DNA of 63,208 bases, filler included, from Actinomycetales bacterium (GCA_045807245.1; 4 parts of 4 records of this genome joined end to end with filler, not necessarily neighbours in it); one strand, 5' to 3'; counted from the first letter of the whole stretch, positions 25,670 to 35,177 are shown. Numbers and translations: made by a program. Notes: generated from the letters alone by a model not told the origin.

Positions 25670-27063
25670 GGTGCCCCAGTCTCGTACCTGCGGACCGGAT
25701 GCGTCGCGGCGACCAGCGCTCGCATGGCTGCCAGGTCGGGCAGGTCCACGCCGAGAGCGCGGGCCTGCACGAGCACGTTGCCGATGGCGGTCGCCTCCAC
25801 CGGTCCGGCCAGGACCGGCCGGCCCAGCGCGTCGGCCGCGAGTCGGCACATGAGGTCGTTCTGCGCGCCGCCGCCCACGATGTGCACAACGTCGACGGCG
25901 CGACCGGCCAGCTCGGCCGCCTGGCCGACCGCCGCCGCATAAGCCGCAGCCAGGCTGTCGAGGATGCAGCGAACCATCGCCGGCCGGTCCGGCGGCGGTT
26001 CCAGATCCGTGGCCAGACACGCGGAGACGATCCGTGCCGGCATGTCGCCCGGCGGCAGGAAGTCGGGCGAGTCGATGTCGACCACCGGGCCGCCCCGAGG
26101 CAGAACGGCGGCGGCGGCGAGCAGCCCGGCCAGGTCGTCGGTGCCCCAGTGCCGCAGCGACTCACCGAGGACCCACAGCCCCATGACGTTGCGCAGGAAC
26201 CGCACGGTGCCGTCGACCCCGCCCTCGTTGGTGAAGTTCGCGGCGCGAGCAGCGGCGGTGAGGACCGGCGCGTCGAGCTCGACACCGACGAGGGACCACG
26301 TGCCGGACGAGACGTACGCGAACGACGATCCAGGCCCCGCGGGGACGCCGACGACGGCCGAGGCGGTGTCGTGCGAGCCGACCGCGACCACCGGCGTACC
26401 GGTGGCCTGACCGGTCGCTTCAGCCACGGTCGCATCGAGGACGCCGATGACCTCACCGGGTCGTCGGAGCGGCGGCAGGAGCGCCCGTGGGATGCCGATC
26501 CGGTCGGCGAGGTCGAGCGCCCACTCCTGCCGGCGTATGTCGAGCAGCTGGGTCGTCGAGGCGTTGGTCAGCTCGGCGCCGAGGGCCCCGGTGAGGCGGT
26601 AGGCGAGGAGGTCCGGGATCAGCAACATGGTGGCCGCCGGCTCGAGCGACGCCTCGGCGGCGAGCTGGTACACCGTGTTGAACGGCTGGTGCTGCAGGCC
26701 GGTGCGGTCGAACAGCTCCTCGTCGCTGACGACCGCTGTCACCCGCCGGACCCCGGCCTCGGTCCGCGCGTCGCGGTAGCAGTAGGGATCGCGGAGCAGG
26801 GCACCGCCCGCGTCGAGCAGCCCGTAGTCGACCGCCCAGGAGTCGATGCCGATCGAGTCGACCGGCCCGGCGGCCCGGAGCCCGGCCAGGATTTCGCGGT
26901 GCAGGGCCTCGAAGTCCCAGTGCAGGGCGCCGTCCGCACGGCGCACCGGACCGTTGGGGAAGCGGTGCACTGGTGTGAGGTCGAGGCGCTGCTCGCCGAC
27001 CTCGGCCACCATGATCCGGCCGCTGGTCGCGCCCAGGTCGACCGCTGCGACCCTGCGGGTCAT
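25654..27063 (-). CDS. rhaB: Rhamnulokinase
   Basis: AVDLGATSGR, SIGIDSWAVDYGLLD, ASTTQLL, VGSHDTASAV, SSGTWSLVG, FTNEGG, GPVEATAIGN; ATG 27063 preferred over GTG 27078. Confidence 0.95.
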   Translation of the reverse strand: MTRRVAAVDLGATSGRIMVAEVGEQRLDLTPVHRFPNGPVRRADGALHWDFEALHREILAGLRAAGPVDSIGIDSWAVDYGLLDAGGALLRDPYCYRDARTEAGVRRVTAVVSDEELFDRTGLQHQPFNTVYQLAAEASLEPAATMLLIPDLLAYRLTGALGAELTNASTTQLLDIRRQEWALDLADRIGIPRALLPPLRRPGEVIGVLDATVAEATGQATGTPVVAVGSHDTASAVVGVPAGPGSSFAYVSSGTWSLVGVELDAPVLTAAARAANFTNEGGVDGTVRFLRNVMGLWVLGESLRHWGTDDLAGLLAAAAVLPRGGPVVDIDSPDFLPPGDMPARIVSACLATDLEPPPDRPAMVRCILDSLAAAYAAAVGQAAELAGRAVDVVHIVGGGAQNDLMCRLAADALGRPVLAGPVEATAIGNVLVQARALGVDLPDLAAMRALVAATHPVRRYETGAPCGSH

Positions 27064-27092
27064 CGGCGTGGGCGGCACGACAGGCTCAACAG

Positions 27093-27137
27093 GCTCGGCA
27101 CGCTCGGCACGCTCGGCACGCTGGGCACGCTCGGCAC
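27093..27137. repeat. 9-bp tandem repeat x5 (GCTCGGCAC) between rhaEW and rhaB
   Basis: Five adjacent units, one with a single substitution (GCTGGGCAC). Confidence 0.95.
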
Positions 27138-27139
27138 AC

Positions 27140-29176
27140 TCAGCGCAGGAAGCCGGCCGCGACGCCCGCGTCCACCGGGATGTGCAGACCGGTCGTCAGG
27201 CTCAGGTCGCCGCCGGTCAGCGCGAAGACCGCGGCAGCGACGTGTTCGGGCAGGACCTCGCGCTTGAGGATCGTGCGCTGGGCGTAGAACTGGCCGAGCT
27301 CCTCCTCCGGGACGCCGTACACCTCCGCTCGTTGCTTGCCCCATCCCTTGGCGAAGATGCCCGAGCCCCGGACGACACCGTCGGGGTTGATCCCGTTGAC
27401 CCGGATGCCGTGCCCGCCCAGCTCGGCGGCCAGCAGCCGCACCTGGTGGGCCTGGTCGGCCTTGGTCGCGCCGTACGCGACGTTGTTCGGCCCCGCGAAC
27501 ACGCTGTTCTTCGAGGAGATGTAGACGATGTCGCCACCCATGCCCTGCGCGACCATCGCCGCGGTCGCCGCCTTGGATACGAGGAACGAGCCCTTGGCCA
27601 TCACGTCGTGCTGGAGGTCCCAGTCGTGCTCGGTGGTCTCGAGCAGCGGCTTGGAGATGGACAGGCCGGCGTTGTTGACGACCAGGTCGACGCCACCGAA
27701 GGCCAGCGCAGAAGCGTCGACGGCACCCTGGACGGCGGTCGCGTGAGTGACGTTCGCCGTGACCGAGACGGCGCGGTCGGCGTTGCCTATCCCGGCGGCC
27801 ACGTCCGCGGCTGCGGCACCGTCGAGGTCGGCGACCACGACGCACGCCCCCTCCGCAGCCAGCCGCTCGGCGACGGCCTTGCCGATGCCGGACCCGGCGC
27901 CGGTGACGAGGGCGACGCGTCCGGCGAGCGGCTTGGCCCTGGGCATCCGCTGGAGCTTGGCCTCCTCCAAGGACCAGTACTCGATCCGGAACTTCTCGCG
28001 TTCGTCGATGGGCGTGTAGCGCGAGACGGCCTCGGCTCCGCGCATCACGTTGATCGCGTTCACGTAGAACTCGCCCGCGACCCGCGCCGTCTGCTTGTCC
28101 TTGCCGAACGAGAACATGCCCACTCCGGGCACCAGGACGATGGCCGGGTCGGCGCCGCGCATCGGCGGGCTGTCCGGCTCGGCGTACGTCTCGTAGTACG
28201 ACCGGTACGCCGCGCGGTACTCCTGGTGCAGCGTGCGCAGCCGTTCGACGACCTCGTCCAGCGGTGCGGCCGCGGGCAGGTCGAGGACCATCGGCCGGAC
28301 CTTGGTGCGCAGGAAGTGGTCCGGGCACGAGGTGCCGAGCGCGGCGAGCTCGGCCAGCCGCTCGCGGGCACAGAAGTCCAGCACCACGTCGCTGTCGGTG
28401 TAGTGGCCGAGCTGCGGCCCGTCGGTCGAGGCGAGGCCGCGGATGACCGGGGCCAGAGCGGCTGCACGGGCGTCGCGCTCGGCGTCGGGCAGCGCGGCGA
28501 AGCCGGCCCGGACCTCGCCGAACGGCTGCGGCCGGCCGCGCTCGGCGATGAACCGCTCTGCGGTGCGGATGATCTCGACCGAGCTCCGTTCACACTCCTG
28601 CGACGTCGACCCCCACGCCGTGATGCCGTGCCCGCCGAGGATCACCCCGATCGCCTGCGGGTTGGCCCGCTGGACCTCGGCGATGTCCAGGCCGAGCTGG
28701 AAGCCGGGGCGGCGCCACGGCACCCAGGCGACCCGGTCGCCGAAGCACTCCTTGGTCAACGCCTCTCCGTCGGCCGAGGTCGCGAGGGCGATGCCGGAGT
28801 CCGGGTGCAGATGGTCGACGTGTCGCGCGTCGACCAGCCCGTGCATCGCCGTGTCGATCGAGGGGGCGGCTCCGCCCTTGCCGTGCAGGCAGTAGTCGAA
28901 CGCCGCCACCATCTCGTCCTCGCGTTCGACACCGGGGTAGACCTCCACCATCGAGCGCAGCCGGTCCAGCCGTAGGACCGAGAGACCGTCCTCGCGAAGG
29001 GTTCCCAGGTCGCCGCCGGATCCCTTGACCCAGAGCAGGTCGACCGGTTGGCCGGTGACGGGGTCGGTGGCCGAACCCTTGGCCGAGGTGTTGCCCCCCG
29101 CGTAGTTCGTGTTGCGCGGGTCGCTGCCGAGCCGGTTGGACCGCTCGACCAGCTCGGCCGCGACGGAGGTGCTCAT
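27140..29176 (-). CDS. rhaEW: Bifunctional rhamnulose-1-phosphate aldolase / short-chain (lactaldehyde) dehydrogenase
   Basis: Class II aldolase (NYAGGNTSAK, PSIDTAMH, HVDHLH, GHG, CPDHFLRTK) fused to an SDR (TGAGSGIG, NNAG, YGATK). Confidence 0.95.
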   Translation of the reverse strand: MSTSVAAELVERSNRLGSDPRNTNYAGGNTSAKGSATDPVTGQPVDLLWVKGSGGDLGTLREDGLSVLRLDRLRSMVEVYPGVEREDEMVAAFDYCLHGKGGAAPSIDTAMHGLVDARHVDHLHPDSGIALATSADGEALTKECFGDRVAWVPWRRPGFQLGLDIAEVQRANPQAIGVILGGHGITAWGSTSQECERSSVEIIRTAERFIAERGRPQPFGEVRAGFAALPDAERDARAAALAPVIRGLASTDGPQLGHYTDSDVVLDFCARERLAELAALGTSCPDHFLRTKVRPMVLDLPAAAPLDEVVERLRTLHQEYRAAYRSYYETYAEPDSPPMRGADPAIVLVPGVGMFSFGKDKQTARVAGEFYVNAINVMRGAEAVSRYTPIDEREKFRIEYWSLEEAKLQRMPRAKPLAGRVALVTGAGSGIGKAVAERLAAEGACVVVADLDGAAAADVAAGIGNADRAVSVTANVTHATAVQGAVDASALAFGGVDLVVNNAGLSISKPLLETTEHDWDLQHDVMAKGSFLVSKAATAAMVAQGMGGDIVYISSKNSVFAGPNNVAYGATKADQAHQVRLLAAELGGHGIRVNGINPDGVVRGSGIFAKGWGKQRAEVYGVPEEELGQFYAQRTILKREVLPEHVAAAVFALTGGDLSLTTGLHIPVDAGVAAGFLR

Positions 29177-29177
29177 G

Positions 29178-30341
29178 TCAGCTCCATCCCGCCTGCGCGC
29201 CACCGACGCGCTCGGTCTCGATCTGCTCCTGGTAGCCGCTGTCCAGATAGGCCCGCAGGGGCCGTTCGGGCCAGCCCCGGCCGGCCCGCCACTCGGCCAG
29301 GGGCTGGCGCACGTCGGTGTAGAAAGCGTCCATCACCACATCGTTCGCCGCCAGCACGTCACCGTCGAGACGCGCCCGCTCCAGGGCGTCGGAGTCGAGC
29401 AGCAGCGCGCGCGCCGTCATCTCCTGGATGTTCAGCACCGAACGGATCTGACCGGGGATCTTCTTCTCGATGTTGTGGCACTGGTCGAGCATGAGCGCGA
29501 CGTCGCTGCCCGGCCCGTACCCGCCACCACGCACGACCTCGACCAGGATCCGGAACAGCTGGAACGGGTCTGCGGCTCCCACGATCAGGTCGTCGTCGGC
29601 GTAGAAACGGCTGTTGAAGTCGAACGACCCCAGCTTCCCGAGCCGCAGCAGCTGCATGACGATGAACTCGATGTTGGTGCCGGGGGCGTGGTGGCCCGTG
29701 TCCAGGCAGACCATCGCCCGCTCGCCGAGCGCGCTGACCTGCGCGTACGCCGTACCCCAGTCGGGTACGTCGGTGTGGTAGAACGCCGGCTCGAAGAACT
29801 TGTACTCGAGCACGAGCCGCTGATCGTCGCCGAGATGCGCGTAGATCTCGGCGAGTGAGTCGGCCAGCCAGTCCTGACGGGCCCGCAGGTCCCCCTGGCC
29901 GGGGTAGTTCGTCCCGTCGGCGAGCCAGATCTTCAGGTCGCGGGAACCGGTCTGGTTCATGATCTCGATGCACTCGAGGTTGTGGTCGATCGCCTTGCGG
30001 CGCACTGCCGCGTCGACGTGGGTCAGGCTGCCGAGCTTGTAGTCGTCGTCCTGGAACGTGTTGCTGTTGATGGTTCCGAGCGAGACCCCGAGCGACTCGG
30101 CGTACGCGCGCAGCCCGGCGTAGTCGTCGACCCGGTCCCAAGGGATGTGCAGCGCGACAGTCGGGGCCAGGCCGGTGAAGCGATGGACCTGGGCGGCGTC
30201 CGCGATCTTCTCCTGCACCGAACGCGGCGTGCCGGGCGTGCCGAAGACCTTGAACCGGGTGCCTGAGTTGCCGTAGGCCCAGGAAGGCACCTCGACGGCC
30301 AGGGCCTCGAGCTGGGGCGCGATCTGCGCGAATGTCGTCAT
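29178..30341 (-). CDS. rhaI: L-rhamnose isomerase (RhaI type)
   Basis: VPSWAYGNSGTRF, LHIPWD, WLADGTNYPGQ, LEYKFFEP, DTGHH, DFNSRFYADDDL, LDQCHNIE. Confidence 0.95.
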   Translation of the reverse strand: MTTFAQIAPQLEALAVEVPSWAYGNSGTRFKVFGTPGTPRSVQEKIADAAQVHRFTGLAPTVALHIPWDRVDDYAGLRAYAESLGVSLGTINSNTFQDDDYKLGSLTHVDAAVRRKAIDHNLECIEIMNQTGSRDLKIWLADGTNYPGQGDLRARQDWLADSLAEIYAHLGDDQRLVLEYKFFEPAFYHTDVPDWGTAYAQVSALGERAMVCLDTGHHAPGTNIEFIVMQLLRLGKLGSFDFNSRFYADDDLIVGAADPFQLFRILVEVVRGGGYGPGSDVALMLDQCHNIEKKIPGQIRSVLNIQEMTARALLLDSDALERARLDGDVLAANDVVMDAFYTDVRQPLAEWRAGRGWPERPLRAYLDSGYQEQIETERVGGAQAGWS

Positions 30342-30436
30342 GTCTCATCACTTCTCGTCGGCTGCCGCGGTACGGCGGTCAGCTCGTCCTCGAGGTGGGA
30401 GATCTCCTCGAGCTGTCGGAAGGCTTGGTCCGGTGG

Positions 30437-30474
30437 CCTCCCGGGCCGGCTCAGGATGGGTCCGGCCCGGGAGG
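30437..30474 (-). terminator. Hairpin after the rhamnose-binding protein gene (terminator or mRNA stabiliser)
   Basis: 13-bp perfect stem CCTCCCGGGCCGG/CCGGCCCGGGAGG. Confidence 0.6.
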
Positions 30475-30493
30475 TTGGTGCGAGTCGAACCGG

Positions 30494-31537
30494 TCAGAAG
30501 TTGAACTTGTCGATGTTGCTCTTGTCGAACACGAACGGGTCACCGAGTAGGACGGTGGCATTCGGGCCGACCTTGTAGTCGCCGAGCTTGCCCGCCTTGA
30601 AGCTGTCGCCTTCCTTGCCGGTGATCGTGCCGTCGACGAGCGCCTTGGCCGCGAACGCCGCCAGATAGCCGAGGTCCTCGGGGTTCCACAGGGCGAACTG
30701 CTGCACCGTGCCGTCCTTGACGTACTTGCGCATCTGGTTCGGCGTGCCCAAGCCGGTCACCTGCACCTTGCCCTTGAACTTCGAGGACGAGATGTAGCGC
30801 GCTGCCGCCGCGATACCGACGGTGGTCGGCGAGATGATCGCCTTCAGGTTCGGGTGAGCCTGGACCAGCGCGGCCGTCTTGTCGAACGACGTCTGGTCGT
30901 CGTCGTTGCCGTAGACCACGTCGACCAGCTTGAGGTTCGGGTGGTCCGAAGCCAGCAGCGACTTCATCGTCTTGATCCACGCGTTCTGGTTGGTGGCGTT
31001 GGCGCTGGCCGAGAGGATCGCGATCTCCCCCGAGTCCCCCGTCAGCTTGGCCGCCATGTCGACCTCGACCTTGGCGATGCCGTCGGCCGTCGCCTGGTTG
31101 ACGAACAGGTCGCGGCAGGACGGGTCCGTGTCCGAGTCGAAGGTGACGATCTTGGTGCCGGCCGACTTCGCCTGGTTGAGCGCCGAGCAGATCGCCTTGG
31201 GGTCGTTCGCCGACACCACAAGGGCCTTCACACCCTGCTGCGCTGCCGTGTTGATGAACGGCACCTGGGCGTCCGGGCTGCCGGTCTGCGGCCCGACCTG
31301 CTGGTAGGTGCCGCCGAACTCGGCGACCGCCGCGGCGCCGCCCTTGTCGCTGGTGTCGAAGTACGGGTTGCCGAGGTTCTTCGGCAGGAACGTCACGGTG
31401 ACCTTCCCGCCGCCGCCGGAGGCGCTGCCGCCCGCAGTGGACCCGCCGCCGCTGGACCCGCCACAGGCGGACGTCAGCAGAGCCACCGTGACGACGAGCC
31501 CCCCGAGCGACCACAGCCGCTTCTTGTGCACGTTCAT
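30494..31537 (-). CDS. rhaS: Rhamnose ABC transporter substrate-binding lipoprotein
   Basis: Lipobox TSA|C, FLPKNLGNPYF, ATNQNAW, SPTTVG, TGLGTPN, LWNP; AGAAGGGA SD before ATG 31537. Confidence 0.92.
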   Translation of the reverse strand: MNVHKKRLWSLGGLVVTVALLTSACGGSSGGGSTAGGSASGGGGKVTVTFLPKNLGNPYFDTSDKGGAAAVAEFGGTYQQVGPQTGSPDAQVPFINTAAQQGVKALVVSANDPKAICSALNQAKSAGTKIVTFDSDTDPSCRDLFVNQATADGIAKVEVDMAAKLTGDSGEIAILSASANATNQNAWIKTMKSLLASDHPNLKLVDVVYGNDDDQTSFDKTAALVQAHPNLKAIISPTTVGIAAAARYISSSKFKGKVQVTGLGTPNQMRKYVKDGTVQQFALWNPEDLGYLAAFAAKALVDGTITGKEGDSFKAGKLGDYKVGPNATVLLGDPFVFDKSNIDKFNF

Positions 31538-31557
31538 GGATGTCCCTTCTCTGGTGT

Positions 31558-32610
31558 CTACGCCGCAGCTCGGCGTGTAGGGGGAGCACTTCGCCCCCGC
31601 CTCCGGGCCATGGCGGCGCGGAGACCCGCGAGCCAGGCCAGGAAACTCGTGTTCATCACCGAGAGGATGAGCAACAGCCCGATGATGATGTTGATGACGT
31701 TGACGGTGATCGACTCCAGCCGCAGAGCGCTGGAGAGGACGCCGATCAACAGGACGCCACCCAGGACGCCGTGCAGGGCACCGCGGCCGCCGAAGATCGA
31801 CACGCCGCCCAGCAGGACCGCGGCGATCACCTGCAGCTCGAGCCCGGTCGCGTTGTCGCCGCGGGCGCTGCCGTACCGCAGGGTGTAGAAGATGCCGGCG
31901 AACGCGGACACCACACCGGTGAGGATGAAGACGGTCATCTTGGTGCGAGCCACGTTCACGCCCGAGAAGTGCGCGGCCTCGCGGTTGAGGCCGATGTCGT
32001 AGATGCCGCGGCCGAACGACGTGAAGTGCAGCAGGACGGCGAACGCCACGGCCAGGACGACGATCGGCACGAGGACGTAGGGGTAGCGGTTGTTGTGGAA
32101 GCCCTGCTGCGCCAGGTTGGTCCACTTCAGCGGGAAGTCCGTGACCGCCGTCGTACCGAGCAGGCCGACCGCCAGGCCTCGGTACAGCGCCAGCGTGCCG
32201 ATGGTGACTGCCAAGGAAGGCAGCCCGACGTACGCGACCAGGAACCCGTTGACCGCTCCGCACACCACACCGGCGACCAGCGCCAGCAGCGCGGCGAGCG
32301 GGATGGACAGCCCGTGCTGGTGGAGGGTCCCGACCAGGACACTGCTGAGGCCGACCACGCTCGCGACGGACAGGTCGATCTCACCGGTGACGACGACCAG
32401 GGTCATCGGCAGGGCGATGAGCAGGATCGGCGCGGCGTCCAACACGAGGAACGGCAGTGTGAGCGGGCCGGAGAAGTGCGGGACCCGGGCGTTGGAGTAG
32501 AGCACGACGAGGACGAGCAGCCCGACGACTGCCATCTCTCGGGTCAGCAGCCAGCGCCGCAGCGGGCCATGGGCGTGAGCCCGGTACGACGTCGCGCGCT
32601 CCGTCGTCAT
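31558..32610 (-). CDS. rhaQ: Rhamnose ABC transporter permease
   Basis: GEIDLSV, LPSLAVTIGTLALYRG, GLELQVIAAVLLGGVSIFGGRG; ATG overlaps the upstream stop. Confidence 0.9.
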   Translation of the reverse strand: MTTERATSYRAHAHGPLRRWLLTREMAVVGLLVLVVLYSNARVPHFSGPLTLPFLVLDAAPILLIALPMTLVVVTGEIDLSVASVVGLSSVLVGTLHQHGLSIPLAALLALVAGVVCGAVNGFLVAYVGLPSLAVTIGTLALYRGLAVGLLGTTAVTDFPLKWTNLAQQGFHNNRYPYVLVPIVVLAVAFAVLLHFTSFGRGIYDIGLNREAAHFSGVNVARTKMTVFILTGVVSAFAGIFYTLRYGSARGDNATGLELQVIAAVLLGGVSIFGGRGALHGVLGGVLLIGVLSSALRLESITVNVINIIIGLLLILSVMNTSFLAWLAGLRAAMARRRGRSAPPTRRAAA

Positions 32611-33372
32611 CGCGCATCCCTCGCCTGGATGAGCAAGCGGGCTCGGCGGACCGAGAGCACCCGGTCGAGGACGATCGCGCCGATGATGAGTCCGCCCACG
32701 ACGGCCTGCTGCCAGAAGTCCTGGATGCCCAGGATCGGCAGCGCGCGGTTGATCGTCACGAGCAGCACCGCGCCGATGGCGGCGCCCCAGACGGTGCCGC
32801 TGCCGCCGAAGATCGCGACACCGCCGATGACGACTGCCGCGACGGCCTGCAGCTCGAGGCCGCTTCCGGCATCCGAGCTCACCGACCCGTAACGCGCGGC
32901 GAACACGACGCCCGCCAAGCCGGCCAACGCACCGGAGAGGACGAACGCACCGACGAGCCGACGCCGTACCGGCAAGCCGTAGAGCTGGGCCGCCACCGGG
33001 TCGGACCCGATCGCGTAGAGGTCGCGTCCGGCCCGGCTGGTGTACAGGGCGTAGCCGACGACCGCGAGGACGAGCGCCGCGATGATGGTCAGGACCGGGA
33101 TGGACCACAGCGTTTTGGTGCCGAGCGAGAGGAAGCTGTCCGGCATGTCCGAGGCGTTGACCCGGTTGCTGCCGGCCCAGGTCAGGACGACACCGCGGTA
33201 GATGTAGAGCGTGCCGAGGGTGATCACGAGCGCCGGCACCTTGCCGACCGCGACCAGCAGCCCGTTGACCAGGCCGAGCGCCGCGCCGACGAGCAGACCG
33301 AGGACGAAGACGGCGATGACCGGGATGCCGGGGTGGTCGATGAACATCCGCCCGGTGAGGTACGCCGTGAGG
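32607..33372 (-). CDS. rhaP: Rhamnose ABC transporter permease (5'-truncated by gap)
   Basis: VPALVITLGTLYIYRG, YAIGSDP, GLELQAVAAVVIGGVAIFGGSG. Confidence 0.88.
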
Positions 33373-33472
33373 NNNNNNNNNNNNNNNNNNNNNNNNNNNN
33401 NNNNNNNNNNNNNNNNTTAATTAATTAANNNNNNNNNNNNNNNNNNNNNNNNNNNNNNNNNNNNNNNNNNNN
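33373..33472. other. Artificial contig spacer
   Basis: N44-TTAATTAATTAA-N44. Confidence 0.98.
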
Positions 33473-33474
33473 CC

Positions 33475-33633
33475 GGTCCCTTCCCGAACCGGCCGACGAC
33501 CCTGACCTTCCATGTCGAGAAGCTCAAGTCGTTCGACGACGAGGGCGTCGGGGACACGATGCTCTTCTGTTCTCACCGGTCGTCGGACCACGCCGGTTAC
33601 GTCCTCGCGGTCGTGCACGTCGCCGCCGAGTAG
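33475..33633 (+). CDS. 3' end of an unidentified gene truncated by the gap (not in the ORF track)
   Basis: Open frame GPFPNRPTTLTFHVEKLKSFDDEGVGDTMLFCSHRSSDHAGYVLAVVHVAAE* with strong GC3 bias; TAG stop 4 nt from the convergent Fpg stop. Confidence 0.55.
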   Translation, partial: GPFPNRPTTLTFHVEKLKSFDDEGVGDTMLFCSHRSSDHAGYVLAVVHVAAE

Positions 33634-33637
33634 CCGA

Positions 33638-34456
33638 TCAGACCTGCTCCCGCGGGCACCAGTACGTCGTGCGCCCACCGACCGTGCCTCGGGCCAGGGG
33701 AACGCCGTCCCGCGGGCAGGTGCCGCCGCGGTGCCGGTGGTCGACGAACGACAGCGTGTGGACGCCGCCGTTCGCGATGGCGCGCTCGACCGAGCCCCGC
33801 AGTGCGCGGTGCAGCCGCTGCACCTGCGTGCGGTCCAGGTCGGCGGCCCGCCGGGCCGGCTTGATCCGCGCCTGCCACAACGCCTGGTCCGCAAGGAGGT
33901 TGCCGACACCGGCGACGGCCTCCTGGTCGAGCAGCCTGGCCTTGACGGGCGCGGTGCCCCGTGCGACCAGCTCGCGGAACTCGCGCAAGGTCACCTGCTG
34001 CGCGTCCGGTCCGAGCGCCTCGATGTCCGGGTCGAGCCGCACGCGCCCCAGCCGGCGTGGGTCGATGAGCAGCAAGCGACCGCCGTCGGCGAACGCCAAG
34101 GTGAACCGCGCGTGGCGGTAGTCACCCTTGGCCCGGCCGCGCTCCCAGTAGTCGCCGCCGTCGATCTCGGCACCGTCGGTGTCGGCTACGACGATCTTGC
34201 CGGACATGCCGAGATGGATCCCGAGCGCCGGCCCAGGGGTGCGCGACCGACCGATGCCCGACGTGTCGCACCACATGCTCTTGCCTCGGCGGTGGGCGGC
34301 CGTGAGGCGCCGGCCGAGCAGAGCGCGACGGATGTCGCCCGGCTGATGAGGCCGGCAGACGAAGGCGTCCACGTCGTCGACGTCCACGATGCGGCGGCCG
34401 AGCCCGTGGGCTTCGATGACCCGGCGGGCCGACTCCACCTCCGGCAGCTCGGGCAC
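33638..34456 (-). CDS. Fpg/Nei family DNA glycosylase/AP lyase
   Basis: MPELPEVE catalytic N-terminus (GTG 34456), RRGK, HLGMSG, DPRRLG, H2TH LLDQEAVAGVGNLLAD; degenerate C-terminal Zn finger. Confidence 0.93.
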   Translation of the reverse strand: MPELPEVESARRVIEAHGLGRRIVDVDDVDAFVCRPHQPGDIRRALLGRRLTAAHRRGKSMWCDTSGIGRSRTPGPALGIHLGMSGKIVVADTDGAEIDGGDYWERGRAKGDYRHARFTLAFADGGRLLLIDPRRLGRVRLDPDIEALGPDAQQVTLREFRELVARGTAPVKARLLDQEAVAGVGNLLADQALWQARIKPARRAADLDRTQVQRLHRALRGSVERAIANGGVHTLSFVDHRHRGGTCPRDGVPLARGTVGGRTTYWCPREQV

Positions 34457-34478
34457 GGCCGAGGATAACCAGCCGGCG

Positions 34479-35177
34479 TCAGCTCCTGCCGCAGGCACTC
34501 AACGCGGTCGGCCAGCGGACCCCGCCGTATCGCTCGTGCCTGACCCCGAACCGAGCCAGCGCATGGTGCCGGCAGGCGGTGACGGAAGGCACCACCATCC
34601 GAGGCGACTTCGCCGATCGAGCCGGTCGGGCTGTGCCGGTGCGATGAGCGACCGGCCGCAAGGCCACCCGGGAGACCCCCCGGGTGACCTTGCCGGTGCC
34701 AAGGAAGTCCTCGGTGACCCAGAGCTTGCCGCTCACGTTGACCACGGCGACACCGACCCGGTCGTAGTGCCGGTCGAGGATGTTCGCGCGGTGGCCCGGC
34801 GAGCTCCAGAAGGCAGCGGCCAGGCTGCTCACCGAGTAGCCGACACCGACGTTCTCGCCCAGGTACCGCCAGCTACGGACGGAGCGGGCCAGACGCGGGT
34901 TGTGCGCCAGCCGGCTCGACGTCGCCATGAGGCATGACCACCCCCCGGCGACCGACGTCATGGTGGCGTCGACGGCGAGCGGCCGCAGACCGACGCCGGC
35001 GCGCTCGGCGTTGATGATGTGGACGAACTGAGCCGCCAAGCCGGAGCTCGACGTGGCGGCCGACGCCGTGGATGCCGACGTGACCGGCAGGCCGGTGGCT
35101 GCCAGCAGGACAGCAAGGATGATCAGGCCGCCCCGACGCGGAACGCGCGGCAACGAACCCAGGACAAAGCGGTACAT
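34479..35177 (-). CDS. Secreted CAP/SCP domain protein
   Basis: Signal peptide; INAERAGVGLRPL, LAHNP, GENVG, WSSPGHRANIL, VGVAV, WVTEDF. Confidence 0.85.
   Translation of the reverse strand: MYRFVLGSLPRVPRRGGLIILAVLLAATGLPVTSASTASAATSSSGLAAQFVHIINAERAGVGLRPLAVDATMTSVAGGWSCLMATSSRLAHNPRLARSVRSWRYLGENVGVGYSVSSLAAAFWSSPGHRANILDRHYDRVGVAVVNVSGKLWVTEDFLGTGKVTRGVSRVALRPVAHRTGTARPARSAKSPRMVVPSVTACRHHALARFGVRHERYGGVRWPTALSACGRS

Noticed and set aside
27093..27137. Tandem repeats as CRISPR or phase-variation tracts
   Set aside because: No spacers; 9- and 12-bp units preserve frame, so they cannot switch genes on or off by frameshift
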